From contig CAZPDF010000006.1 in NCBI GenBank assembly GCA_964585475.1, forward strand, positions 8,531-72,530: a stretch of DNA of 64,000 bases, read 5' to 3'. Under the pieces are notes generated by a model. That model was not told the origin of the DNA and did not search any database. It saw only the letters and a list, made by a program, of their open reading frames with translations. Shown here in pieces: positions 43,207 through 52,084 of this stretch. Origin of the DNA: an uncultured Candidatus Saccharibacteria bacterium. Its GTDB lineage: Bacteria > Patescibacteriota > Minisyncoccia > Sungbacterales > HO2-52-23. Numbering within the stretch: position 1 is the stretch's first letter; each line of letters begins with the position of its first letter. The translations under genes were made by a program, and so were the position numbers.

Positions 43207-45771
43207 TTATTCAAAGTGTATTTCTCTCTCCATTTTTTCCAGCCGTTCTTTGAGTAAGGGATAAAGCCTAAGATCTGGGCTTTTTTGGATAAGTTCGATC
43301 GCCTCTCGTCTTACCTCGCGCACCAGCTTTACGTCCGTGACGGCCTCGATCACCGCATCCGGAACCCCCCATTGCCTTTGTCCGAAAAGGTCCCCCGGGC
43401 CTCGTATTTCAAGGTCTTTTTCCGCAAGTTCAAACCCGTTTTTTGCTTCAACCACCGCGCGAAGGCGGCGAGTTACCATGCCGTCCTCGCTCGGGAAAAG
43501 AAAACAGTACGACTGGTCGGCACCCCTCCCCACTCTTCCGCGGAATTGATGCAGAGTCGCAAGGCCGAATCTTTCTGCGCCCTCGATCATCATTATGGTG
43601 GCGTTCGGATTATCAATGCCTACTTCCACCACCGAAGTTGATACGAGAATTTGGATTTCTTCGTTTTTAAACTTTTTCATTACCGCTTCTTTCTCCTTGG
43701 ATTTTAATTTTCCGTGTAGCATCCCCACACTTAAATCTCTGAATATCTCGTCTTTCAGTTTTTTATATTCCTCTTTCACGGCTTTCACCTCGGCAAGCAG
43801 TAGCTTTGGTTGCGTCGTACCTGTCGTTTGTTGCTTGCCCACTCCGCTCTCGCTTGAGCGAGGCGAGTCGTTTGTCGCTAACTCTATTCGCGGACAAATG
43901 ACAAATGCCTGTCTTCCTCTCCCCACCTCCTCCCTAATAAATTGATACGCCTCGCCCCGTCTAGTTGGTTCTACAATTTTCGTAATGATTTCTTTTCTGG
44001 ATTTTGGCATCTCATCAAGGATGGAAAGGTCAAGGTCGCCGTAGACGGTAAGCGCCAAGGTGCGGGGAATCGGAGTCGCGCTCATGCTCAAAAAATGAGG
44101 CATGAGCGCCGCGGACTGACGCGGACTTGATTCCTCAAGCGCGGACCTACGCTGACTACGCGCTGTATCATATACAATTCTTTTTATCTCAGCTCCTTGA
44201 GGACCGAAGTTAACCAGTAGGGCTACTTTATATTCTGAACCCTTTACATAAGTCCATAGTTGCTTTTTTTCTGTAGTGCCTATAAAAGGAAGTGCTTTGA
44301 GTTCTATAATTACTTTGTCGTCAACAATAAAGTCCGGTTGATATATTCCAACTTTTTTACCTCCAAAAGTAACAGTTAGTGGTTTGCCTTCAACAAAATT
44401 TAAGCCGGCCGTCCTGAAAGCTTCTGCCAACGCCTTTTGATACACCGACTCTTTATGCCCGAATCCTATTTGATCTGTAACTTTAAAAACGCACCCCCGG
44501 ATTTTATAGGTGACATCCTCGTATAAAAGTTTTCCCGATTCCGCGTTAGTCCGCGTTATATTCTCTGTCCGCGCCTGTCCGCGAACCAGCGCCATGCGTT
44601 GGTTGACTCCAAATCGATGTTGTTCGTCCACCACGACAAGTCCGAGATCTGGAATTTTAAACCTTTCCTGTATTAGCGCATGCGTGCCAACGATAATATC
44701 GGGGTCGTGCGCAATCTTTTTTTCCGCGCCGAGTGCTAAACCCACTTTTATTCCGAAAGTCGCAAGCAATTTTTCAATCGTTTCATAGTGCTGCCTCGCC
44801 AAGATCTCGGTTGGCGCCATGAAGGCTACCCTGTATCCGGCTTTTATGGCCAGAAGTGAGGCGGCTGCTGCAACCACTGTTTTGCCGGACCCCACATCTC
44901 CTTCCAGGAGCCGGTTCATGGGTTTGGGTTTTGAAATATCCTGCGCGATTTCCCAGATGGAACGGCGTTGGGCGCTGGTGAGTTCGTAAGGCAGCGAGCG
45001 CACGAACTCTTTGAGGAGGGGAACCATCGCAGGAATTTCGGGCGCCTGATACTGCTTGAGTGTCAGGCGCGCCTTTAGAGCCCTCAGCTGTATGAGAAGG
45101 AGTGTCTCGAAATTGAAACGGCGGCGCGCTCGCTCCGCCTCCGATTTGTTTTTGGGGAAATGAATTGCGCCGAGCGCGTCTTGAAGGTTGGGCAGGAGAT
45201 ATTTATGACGCGTTTCCGAAGGCAAAGGGTCGGAGAGTTTCGACTTTAGCTCAATAAACGATTTTATAAGGAAGCGGAGCCAGCGTGAAGAAATTCCAGA
45301 AGTTTCCGGATAAATTGCGACGAGCCCCCCTGTGTGTATGTTGGTTACTGGTAACTGGTTACTGGCTATTTTCTCATATGCCGGATTCTGCAGATAAAGT
45401 CCTCCGGTTCCCGTAGCTGTTTTTCCGGACATACTCACCGTATCCCCCGCCTTTAAATTCCGCAGTAAAAACGGCTGGTTAAACCAAAGTGCTTTTATTG
45501 CTCCGGTTCCATCCTCAATTTTGGCCTCGGTAAGAAACATACGCTTTCGCAGGGTTCTGCGGCCGGAAATAGTTTTTATTTTCCCCATGATTGTTACGGT
45601 CTCGCCAAGCAAGAGATCGCGTATGGCCTTTCTATTTGAAAAATCTTCGTAGCGCGTGGGGAAATGGAAGAGCAAATCCCGAATGGTTTTTATGCCAAGG
45701 CGTTTCAGGGGCGGTACGATCCGCCGGCTTATTTTGGGGACGTTTTCTATCGGGGTACTCAAGGAAATCAT
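43207..45771 (-). CDS. recG: ATP-dependent DNA helicase RecG with an in-frame ~165-aa GxxExxY-domain insertion between helicase motifs II and III (the ORF extends to 45870; start at 45771 has a GGAGGG RBS)
   Basis: Wedge domain, Walker A GDVGSGKT, motif II VVDEQHRFGV, motif III SATPIPRT, motif VI QLHQFRGRVGRG. The insertion contains GFGHKESVYQKALAEAF...YQPDFIVDDKVIIELKAL, matching the GxxExxY protein family signature. Confidence 0.85.
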   Translation of the reverse strand: MISLSTPIENVPKISRRIVPPLKRLGIKTIRDLLFHFPTRYEDFSNRKAIRDLLLGETVTIMGKIKTISGRRTLRKRMFLTEAKIEDGTGAIKALWFNQPFLLRNLKAGDTVSMSGKTATGTGGLYLQNPAYEKIASNQLPVTNIHTGGLVAIYPETSGISSRWLRFLIKSFIELKSKLSDPLPSETRHKYLLPNLQDALGAIHFPKNKSEAERARRRFNFETLLLIQLRALKARLTLKQYQAPEIPAMVPLLKEFVRSLPYELTSAQRRSIWEIAQDISKPKPMNRLLEGDVGSGKTVVAAAASLLAIKAGYRVAFMAPTEILARQHYETIEKLLATFGIKVGLALGAEKKIAHDPDIIVGTHALIQERFKIPDLGLVVVDEQHRFGVNQRMALVRGQARTENITRTNAESGKLLYEDVTYKIRGCVFKVTDQIGFGHKESVYQKALAEAFRTAGLNFVEGKPLTVTFGGKKVGIYQPDFIVDDKVIIELKALPFIGTTEKKQLWTYVKGSEYKVALLVNFGPQGAEIKRIVYDTARSQRRSALEESSPRQSAALMPHFLSMSATPIPRTLALTVYGDLDLSILDEMPKSRKEIITKIVEPTRRGEAYQFIREEVGRGRQAFVICPRIELATNDSPRSSESGVGKQQTTGTTQPKLLLAEVKAVKEEYKKLKDEIFRDLSVGMLHGKLKSKEKEAVMKKFKNEEIQILVSTSVVEVGIDNPNATIMMIEGAERFGLATLHQFRGRVGRGADQSYCFLFPSEDGMVTRRLRAVVEAKNGFELAEKDLEIRGPGDLFGQRQWGVPDAVIEAVTDVKLVREVRREAIELIQKSPDLRLYPLLKERLEKMEREIHFE

Positions 45772-45904
45772 GTATTCACCCTCCCACCAAAAAGCTACGG
45801 GTGTCAAACCGGGATGAGGTGCATAAGCCCGCAGGACAATAAGCCAAATGTTGCGGCTGTACCCCCTCAAATTTGGTGGGAGGGTTAAGTATATAGCTTA
45901 TTTT

Positions 45905-45936
45905 CCGCCAAAAGAAAAACGGCACGCATGCCGTTT
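45905..45936 (-). terminator. Rho-independent terminator downstream of tRNA-Arg (minus strand)
   Basis: ACGGCACGCATGCCGT hairpin with a T-run on the minus strand. Confidence 0.6.
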
Positions 45937-45946
45937 TTCTAAAGTG

Positions 45947-46018
45947 TGCCCTCGAGAGGAATTGAACCCCTATTTGAAGCTCCGCAAGCTTCCGTCCTGT
46001 CCGTTGAACGACGAGGGC
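45947..46018 (-). tRNA. tRNA-Arg (anticodon GCG)
   Basis: Minus strand: GCCCTCG TC GTTC-AACGGACA-GGAC G GAAGC-TTGCGGA-GCTTC AAAT AGGGGTTCAATTCCTCT CGAGGGC A. Confidence 0.65.
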
Positions 46019-46053
46019 TCCTCTTTATATATCCAAGTTTTGGACAAAGCCCT

Positions 46054-46611
46054 TTAAAATCCAAGAGCACGTGCTATCTGATCCGTAATTAATTCTTTAT
46101 GCTCTTCTTCGGGGAGGTGGTTTTTAAGGATTCTCCTAATTTTTTCCGGATCGGTACTCCCCAGCGGTAGCACCACAAAAGGCGTAAGCGGTTTTTTGGT
46201 TTCAAGTGACAGCTCGTTCCCGTCGGCTCGTTTAAAGATCCAAAATGATTTTAACTCCGTAAAAGGCGTGGTTTTATTGCCTGTTCGTATCCCGTCTTGC
46301 CCGATCGCGCAGGAAATTTCTCGGGGGGAGCGAGCCGCATACATCAAGATTACAATAAAGGAAAGGGTTATCAGTGCGACAAAAAAGTAACTCCGGGTGA
46401 ATATGCCAAAAATTATAAATGCCGTAGCCCCAAGGGCCATGAAAAGAAACCAGCGCGAACCGTGCCTCACTTTTGAGTATTCCGGGGTGGCCCATTCCCA
46501 AAGTTCCTCCCGTTCTTCTCTTACTGCCAGCGGAGTTTCCTCGAGATTCGTTTCAAGGACTTCGTTTTCTTTTCTATCGCGGTTTCGAAGATCAATGACG
46601 TTATTGATCAT
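46054..46611 (-). CDS. Hypothetical membrane protein
   Basis: Two central TM helices; no motifs. Confidence 0.35.
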   Translation of the reverse strand: MINNVIDLRNRDRKENEVLETNLEETPLAVREEREELWEWATPEYSKVRHGSRWFLFMALGATAFIIFGIFTRSYFFVALITLSFIVILMYAARSPREISCAIGQDGIRTGNKTTPFTELKSFWIFKRADGNELSLETKKPLTPFVVLPLGSTDPEKIRRILKNHLPEEEHKELITDQIARALGF

Positions 46612-46769
46612 GTAGCGTATTCTAACACGAAGATATGTTAAAGAAAAGCTTATTGAAGCGCATTAAGAAAAATGCGGAGAGAATAGGCATAAAATTTTGA
46701 TAAATGTTATGCCCAAAACTTCTAACGGGATTCATAACTGCATGATAGCAAATTTGATTTAAAAATGAA

Positions 46770-46895
46770 GCTCCACGGGCAAGCCCGTGATATCCCGTCC
46801 TACGGTCGCGCCCTGAAGGCGCGCCCGTGGAGCGAAATCCAGCACCGAAGACCACCATTCATCCACGGGCAAGCCCGTGGTCTTCTGGTGCTGTT
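46770..46895 (-). repeat. Family B structured repeat, copy 2 (inverted relative to copy 1)
   Basis: Reverse complement aligns with 39291-39408 (CAGAAGACCACGGGCTTGCCCGTGGATGAATGGTGGTCTTCGGTGC...). Confidence 0.7.
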
Positions 46896-46944
46896 GACCA
46901 AATGCGCGGAGTAAGTCCGCGCATTTTGTCTTCCGAGGCGGATT

Positions 46945-47865
46945 TTAATGAATTGTACTGTCGAGAAGTATGCCGTCCGCCCAATAGAATCCAGTTTCGC
47001 CGGAAGGGAGAATGTCGTACGTATAACCTTTTTGATAAGATACCATCTCGGCAGTTATTACACGGCCTCCATCCATAAGGTCTCCAACAGAAAGATCGCC
47101 CATAATTCGTCCGTCTCCGATTGGATGCCCGGATGAAGCGAAAATTTCTCGTCCGTCAGCCAGAAGCAGATGGATTACCTCATGAGTGGATGGTACGGGA
47201 GTTTTGGCGGTTTCAACAACGAAGGCAGAAATACGTTCACCCAAATTATTGACCGTCCAAATCGCCATCCCTTTTTGCAAATGTTCTACAGGAATAGCAC
47301 CCGAGGGCGTATCAATCAATGTATTTTCTGTAAGACATATCGGGCAGGGCCGGTTAAAATCGGTTTTCTTTATAAACACGGCAGTATTTCCTTCGATGCG
47401 AGTGAGTGTCAGCGTTATAGTACAGCCGTTACTTACGATTTCTCCGATACGTAAAGTCAAGGGATGCCCTTGGCCAGTCACTACAGGATATTCCCAAAAA
47501 TTCAGGCCCGTGACGCGGTCAGTATAAATTTTCTCCAACAAGAAAGAACTCTCTCGTTGCCCTTCCCGCAGAGATATTTGTTCTCCATCCGGTTTCGGTA
47601 AAGGCGCAGGACCCGGCCTTGGAACGGGTATAGGAGCCGGGGCCGGAGTGGGAGGCGAGGTTGCGGGACATTCCGCAAATTCACAATTGGGGCCGGTACG
47701 GCTGACATAACTTCCGTCGGGGCACTGCCGTGTTTCTTGAGTGCAGGCCTTCGGAAGCGGCGGAGATTTTTTGAACAAAATTAAATATCCTGCTGCTCCG
47801 GCAAATATAACAATAAGGATGACAACCAGTATATTTGTAAATCCTTTTTGCTGATCCTCGTTCAT
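46945..47865 (-). CDS. Secreted/membrane-anchored protein with Pro-rich linker and C-terminal Hint (bacterial intein-like, BIL) domain
   Basis: N-terminal TM; PTPAPAPIPVPRPGPAPLP linker; CLTENTLIDTPSGAIPVEHL (Hint block A: C-L-x-x-D/N-T); C-terminus ...DSTIH. Confidence 0.5.
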   Translation of the reverse strand: MNEDQQKGFTNILVVILIVIFAGAAGYLILFKKSPPLPKACTQETRQCPDGSYVSRTGPNCEFAECPATSPPTPAPAPIPVPRPGPAPLPKPDGEQISLREGQRESSFLLEKIYTDRVTGLNFWEYPVVTGQGHPLTLRIGEIVSNGCTITLTLTRIEGNTAVFIKKTDFNRPCPICLTENTLIDTPSGAIPVEHLQKGMAIWTVNNLGERISAFVVETAKTPVPSTHEVIHLLLADGREIFASSGHPIGDGRIMGDLSVGDLMDGGRVITAEMVSYQKGYTYDILPSGETGFYWADGILLDSTIH

Positions 47866-47881
47866 ATCCGTCCCGAGCGGC

Positions 47882-48484
47882 TCAAAATTTAACCTGCGGA
47901 ACCCTTTTTTCTTCCGCTGGAATCGCTATAAACTCTGCTTTTTTGAATCGGAAGAACGAGGCGACAAAATTAAGCGGAACCGATTCCATTTTTACATTCA
48001 GCTCCCGTACCGCCTCGTTGTATCTTCGCCGATCCGCCTGAATCGCATCTTCCACCTCGGCGAGTTTGCGCTGAAGATCCAGAAAATTCTGGTTGGCTTT
48101 AAGATCCGGATAATTTTCCGCAACGGCAAATAGCGTTTTAAGAAACCCGCTTATTTGATTTTCCAAGCCGGCTCGCTCCTGTGGCCCGGATGCGCCCGAC
48201 AACATGGACCTTGCGTTTGTAACCCGTTCTAAAAGTTCCCGCTCATGCGTTGCGTACCCTCGGACGCTTTCAACCAAATTGGGAATAAGGTCGTTCCTAC
48301 GCTTTAGTTGAGTTTCAATATTCGCCCAGGCCTCATCGGCTCTCCGCCTAACACTCACCAAACTGTTATAAGCCCATACCACCCAACCGACAAAAGACCC
48401 GATCCCTCCCAAGATGGCATACAAAACATACAACAGAAGTTTCTCAAAATTAATTACCGACTTTAATAAAGAAATTATGTCCAT
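47882..48484 (-). CDS. LemA family protein
   Basis: N-terminal TM, then VRRRADEAWANIETQLKRRNDLIPNLVESVRGYATHERELLERVTNARS, characteristic of LemA. Confidence 0.8.
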   Translation of the reverse strand: MDIISLLKSVINFEKLLLYVLYAILGGIGSFVGWVVWAYNSLVSVRRRADEAWANIETQLKRRNDLIPNLVESVRGYATHERELLERVTNARSMLSGASGPQERAGLENQISGFLKTLFAVAENYPDLKANQNFLDLQRKLAEVEDAIQADRRRYNEAVRELNVKMESVPLNFVASFFRFKKAEFIAIPAEEKRVPQVKF

Positions 48485-48515
48485 AGAGATTAAATTTAGT
48501 TGAATGTTATATTTT

Positions 48516-49457
48516 CTACCGCTTAAAAGAACCGGCTATGATCATTCTACCACGTGGTCCTTTGATAAGCCACGGCGGAAGCGCTCCACGTTCCTTCAGG
48601 TGATAAAATATGTCGAGTGCTATTTTGGAAAATATAAGAACCGTAAGAAATGCCGCGGTCGAATGAAATAAAAATGTGAATATGCCTCCGAAGACAATGG
48701 TTAAATGCATTATTCCGATCCGCTTATACGGTCGCATCATTTGTCCTGCGGGAGAAATGGAGAGAAATTCCTGTTTGCCTATGAAGTTCATTGCATAGGA
48801 GATTCCGTGGCTGGTTACGAGCGCTGCGACAGAGCCGAAAATAGAAAGGAGGGATGCGGAAGTAAGGAGAGAAGGCGTGTAAAATTTAGATGAAGCTGAT
48901 GCAAAAATAAAAATACCTAAAAACAAAGCATGAAAAGCCATAAACATCCCGTACTGCTGAATAAAAAACCAAGTAAGCCCCCCTTCTTTAATAGCCGTTG
49001 CTGCGGACGTACTATTTATGCGATAGCCGCGAAGTTCGTTTATCTCTTCCGGAGTGGAGACGGCAGCTGCTTTTTGCAATTTTAAAATGCTGTAAAACCC
49101 GACTACAGCGCTCTCGAACCAATAAAGAATTAATAGCGAGAACACATCCCATTTGAAAAAGAATACCCCGAGAAACGGCATCAGGTTTGAGGCAACTAAG
49201 ACGAGAACCGATGGATAAATGCGGATAAATCGAAAGGTAACGACGGTTGCATACGGAACATTTCGAATAAGTCGAAAAGTAAAGATAGCCGCCTGCGGAG
49301 CATACCGGATGACCTTAATTGCCGCTTTCAATACTTCACGTATGATTCGGAAAAACATCCATAGCCAGAAAATGAGGAACGAGATAAATATAAGTATAAA
49401 AAGCGCGGGCAAAAAATATTGCGGGAGTGTGTTAAAGAAATAGTCCATTAACGCCAA
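48516..49457 (-). CDS. Polytopic membrane protein, hypothetical (LemA-adjacent)
   Basis: ~8 predicted TM helices. Confidence 0.4.
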   Translation of the reverse strand: MALMDYFFNTLPQYFLPALFILIFISFLIFWLWMFFRIIREVLKAAIKVIRYAPQAAIFTFRLIRNVPYATVVTFRFIRIYPSVLVLVASNLMPFLGVFFFKWDVFSLLILYWFESAVVGFYSILKLQKAAAVSTPEEINELRGYRINSTSAATAIKEGGLTWFFIQQYGMFMAFHALFLGIFIFASASSKFYTPSLLTSASLLSIFGSVAALVTSHGISYAMNFIGKQEFLSISPAGQMMRPYKRIGIMHLTIVFGGIFTFLFHSTAAFLTVLIFSKIALDIFYHLKERGALPPWLIKGPRGRMIIAGSFKR

Positions 49458-49473
49458 ATTGGCAGCGCTTTTT

Positions 49474-50589
49474 CTACTCGAATAAGCTCTTTAATAAACC
49501 CATTAACTCTCGGAGGAGTTGAGATATACGAAACAATACCTGTTGCGGAATCCCCCTAGGAGGACTTTCCGGGCGTTTCTCTTCGGCCGTTTCGCTGGCT
49601 TCGGCAGGCAAGGAAGGAAGCTCCGGCGCGGGTTTCTTTTCTTTTGGTTCCGGCGTAACCGGTTTTGGAGTTGGCGCGGGTTTAGGAGTAACGGCCGGAG
49701 GCGGCAGAGGAGGAGGGACGACCGGAACAACCGGTACGGGCGTCGGCAGGGCGGGTGCCGGAAGCGGGAGTGTGGGAGGCGGTGCCGGTTTAGTTATCGG
49801 GGTTGGTTTGTCGGTTGAGAAAGCGTGGTACAAATCAAGAGGTTTAAATGTGGAGCTTGACCACTGCGCAATGATAAATGCTTTATAGGTCTTACTTGGA
49901 TCAGGCGCGGGGCCGGCGTAGGCCGTTTGATTTCCGCGATTGATCTCGGTCTTTGACCAAATTACTTTTTCTCCATCGTGCAGTTTGATAATGTAGAGAA
50001 TTTGATTCTCCGGCCAGCCGGGAACGCTGGTCCATTCAAGTTGCGGTTGGAGAGCCACGACGTCGAACGAACCAAGCACATGAACGTTAAACACTTGAGA
50101 TGGCGCGCCTTCGTTTCCGGATGAATCCGCCGCCGCAGCATAATAGCTGTAGATTCCCGGTGGATAGACCGAAGGCGACTCATAAAGCGGCACCGGCAGG
50201 GTTGTGAGAAGCGCAGTATTGAATTTTTTAATTATCCACGTATTTTCCAGGCGGCTTAACGCCCATGTTCCGGATTTGTCATACGTATTTCCGCTGACAG
50301 CCAGCAGATTTTTAAATTCTGCAATACGGCTGAAGCCGGAGGCGCCCGGCCGTTTTTCATAAAAGCGAAAGGAGCTTAAATCGCTCGTACTCTCCTCATA
50401 TTTAAAAGTAAAATCAAAGTGGATTTTATTCCAAGATGCATCCGAATCGCTCCCTTGGGCGAACCGCGCCCCTAAGCCGTACCCCTGCTTGACAACGATG
50501 GGGGCGCCTATTGCGCCTGCCTCATTTGCCTGCAGTGCAATCCCCAATAATGCCATATTCAGGACGATAAAAATTTTTTTATGATCCAT
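49474..50589 (-). CDS. Secreted protein with C-terminal Pro-rich low-complexity tail
   Basis: Signal peptide MDHKKIFIVLNMALLGIALQA; C-terminal PAPPPTLPLPAPALPTPVPVVPVVPPP repeats. Confidence 0.4.
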   Translation of the reverse strand: MDHKKIFIVLNMALLGIALQANEAGAIGAPIVVKQGYGLGARFAQGSDSDASWNKIHFDFTFKYEESTSDLSSFRFYEKRPGASGFSRIAEFKNLLAVSGNTYDKSGTWALSRLENTWIIKKFNTALLTTLPVPLYESPSVYPPGIYSYYAAAADSSGNEGAPSQVFNVHVLGSFDVVALQPQLEWTSVPGWPENQILYIIKLHDGEKVIWSKTEINRGNQTAYAGPAPDPSKTYKAFIIAQWSSSTFKPLDLYHAFSTDKPTPITKPAPPPTLPLPAPALPTPVPVVPVVPPPLPPPAVTPKPAPTPKPVTPEPKEKKPAPELPSLPAEASETAEEKRPESPPRGIPQQVLFRISQLLRELMGLLKSLFE

Positions 50590-51133
50590 GATCCATTATA
50601 AAGGCGGGTTGAACATAAATTGCTAAGGCAAAATATGTCCTTTCCGTGGCTTTACAATAGTTTGAAAACTTACCTTGCTTAATTATACCTCAAACCAGCA
50701 GAAAAGTAATCAACAATAAACAAAATGGTCTGGACTTCTAGACCGTTTTGTTGTCTCTTGTCGGATTTCCGAGGCATTTCGGCCTTCGCCGACTGAAGTC
50801 GGCTACGACCGATGAAGGTCGGTCACTCGACTCGTGGTGAGCCGTGTCGAACCATCCTTCAACTTTCTTCGATTCTACTCAGGACAAGTCGTTCAGGATA
50901 AATTATTTGATGGTGAGCAAAAGCGAACCATAAAAAATGTTGTCTGCGGTGACGATGTCCGGAAGTTTGAACCGAAAACGTGGCTCAAATTCAAGAATCT
51001 TGATAAAAGCATACGTGAATTACGGGCTATGTTCAAGCAACACCCTCAATGGTTTGAGGTGCCGAAACCGAAGTCCGATAAGGGGCAAAATGCAGTGGAT
51101 TATTCGGTTGAGTAAACTAGGGCTTCCGCTTGA

Positions 51134-52030
51134 TTAGGATATCTGCTTTTCAAACTCACTATCCAGTTTTTGGAAGTTCTCGGTTATTCTAAAGAACTCA
51201 TGAATCCTATCACTTTCTTTTCTACCAATAGTATTTGAGCGTCCTTTGTAATTTATAAGCTCGATTTTGGGATAGGAAAAACACGCATCAATGCCACGGC
51301 TTTTGTGAATGACGTGGAAATGCCTTGGGTTATGGTCACCACTGTAAACTCGGAATTCAAACCCCTCCATTCGCCCAGCAATACCGTGAAACAGGGGGCC
51401 TCGCCACTCAATGGCATCTTTGTATTTTTCTGCGAGCTCCTTTTCTTGTTTGTCTTCTTCAGACTCGGAAAATGCTTCGAAGCTACTATCCGATTGCTCA
51501 AATATCCCAAAAACTCCCTCTAAAATTTCCCTGCTATATATGATACTTTTCCTGATTTTTGCCGACTCGTTGTTATAATTTTTAAGATCCGCTTCATACT
51601 GAAGAACTCTTTTGCCGATGCCTTTGTGTTTTTCGTCGATCTCTGGGCCGACTTCACCTTCCGGTTCAAAACCATTAACGATCAGAGGAACGAAAAAAAT
51701 ACAGCCTTCCTTATGCCCGCTCAACTTGAGCGTAATACGACCTTGAGACTTTGCAATAAATGGCACATTAAACTGACTAAACTGGGCTGTAGTTGAAAAG
51801 TAAAGTTTTTTCTTAAATACAGAAAACAAATCATGTCTAACATAGGCGGTAACAGTAGAGGCAAATTCAAGACCATCAATATCAAGAAATCCTCCCAAGA
51901 CTCTGTAATCCATGCCGCCCCAACTTGTTTTTAGCCAAGACTTAGGAATTCGACCTGACAGGACAAATTCTGCCCCAACACGTTCGTGTGGTTTTGGGGA
52001 TATTATTTCAATTTCATCTATTTGCTTCAT
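51134..52030 (-). CDS. Hypothetical protein with a C-terminal DUF4160-like motif (HNPRHFHV)
   Basis: C-terminal ...YSGDHNPRHFHVIHKSRGIDACF...; divergently transcribed from the LexA-methyltransferase gene with only ~55 bp between starts. Confidence 0.35.
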   Translation of the reverse strand: MKQIDEIEIISPKPHERVGAEFVLSGRIPKSWLKTSWGGMDYRVLGGFLDIDGLEFASTVTAYVRHDLFSVFKKKLYFSTTAQFSQFNVPFIAKSQGRITLKLSGHKEGCIFFVPLIVNGFEPEGEVGPEIDEKHKGIGKRVLQYEADLKNYNNESAKIRKSIIYSREILEGVFGIFEQSDSSFEAFSESEEDKQEKELAEKYKDAIEWRGPLFHGIAGRMEGFEFRVYSGDHNPRHFHVIHKSRGIDACFSYPKIELINYKGRSNTIGRKESDRIHEFFRITENFQKLDSEFEKQIS

Positions 52031-52084
52031 TTGTGTGGATAACTTAACTTGTATACATTCTATTTATTTTCTATAATAGTATAT

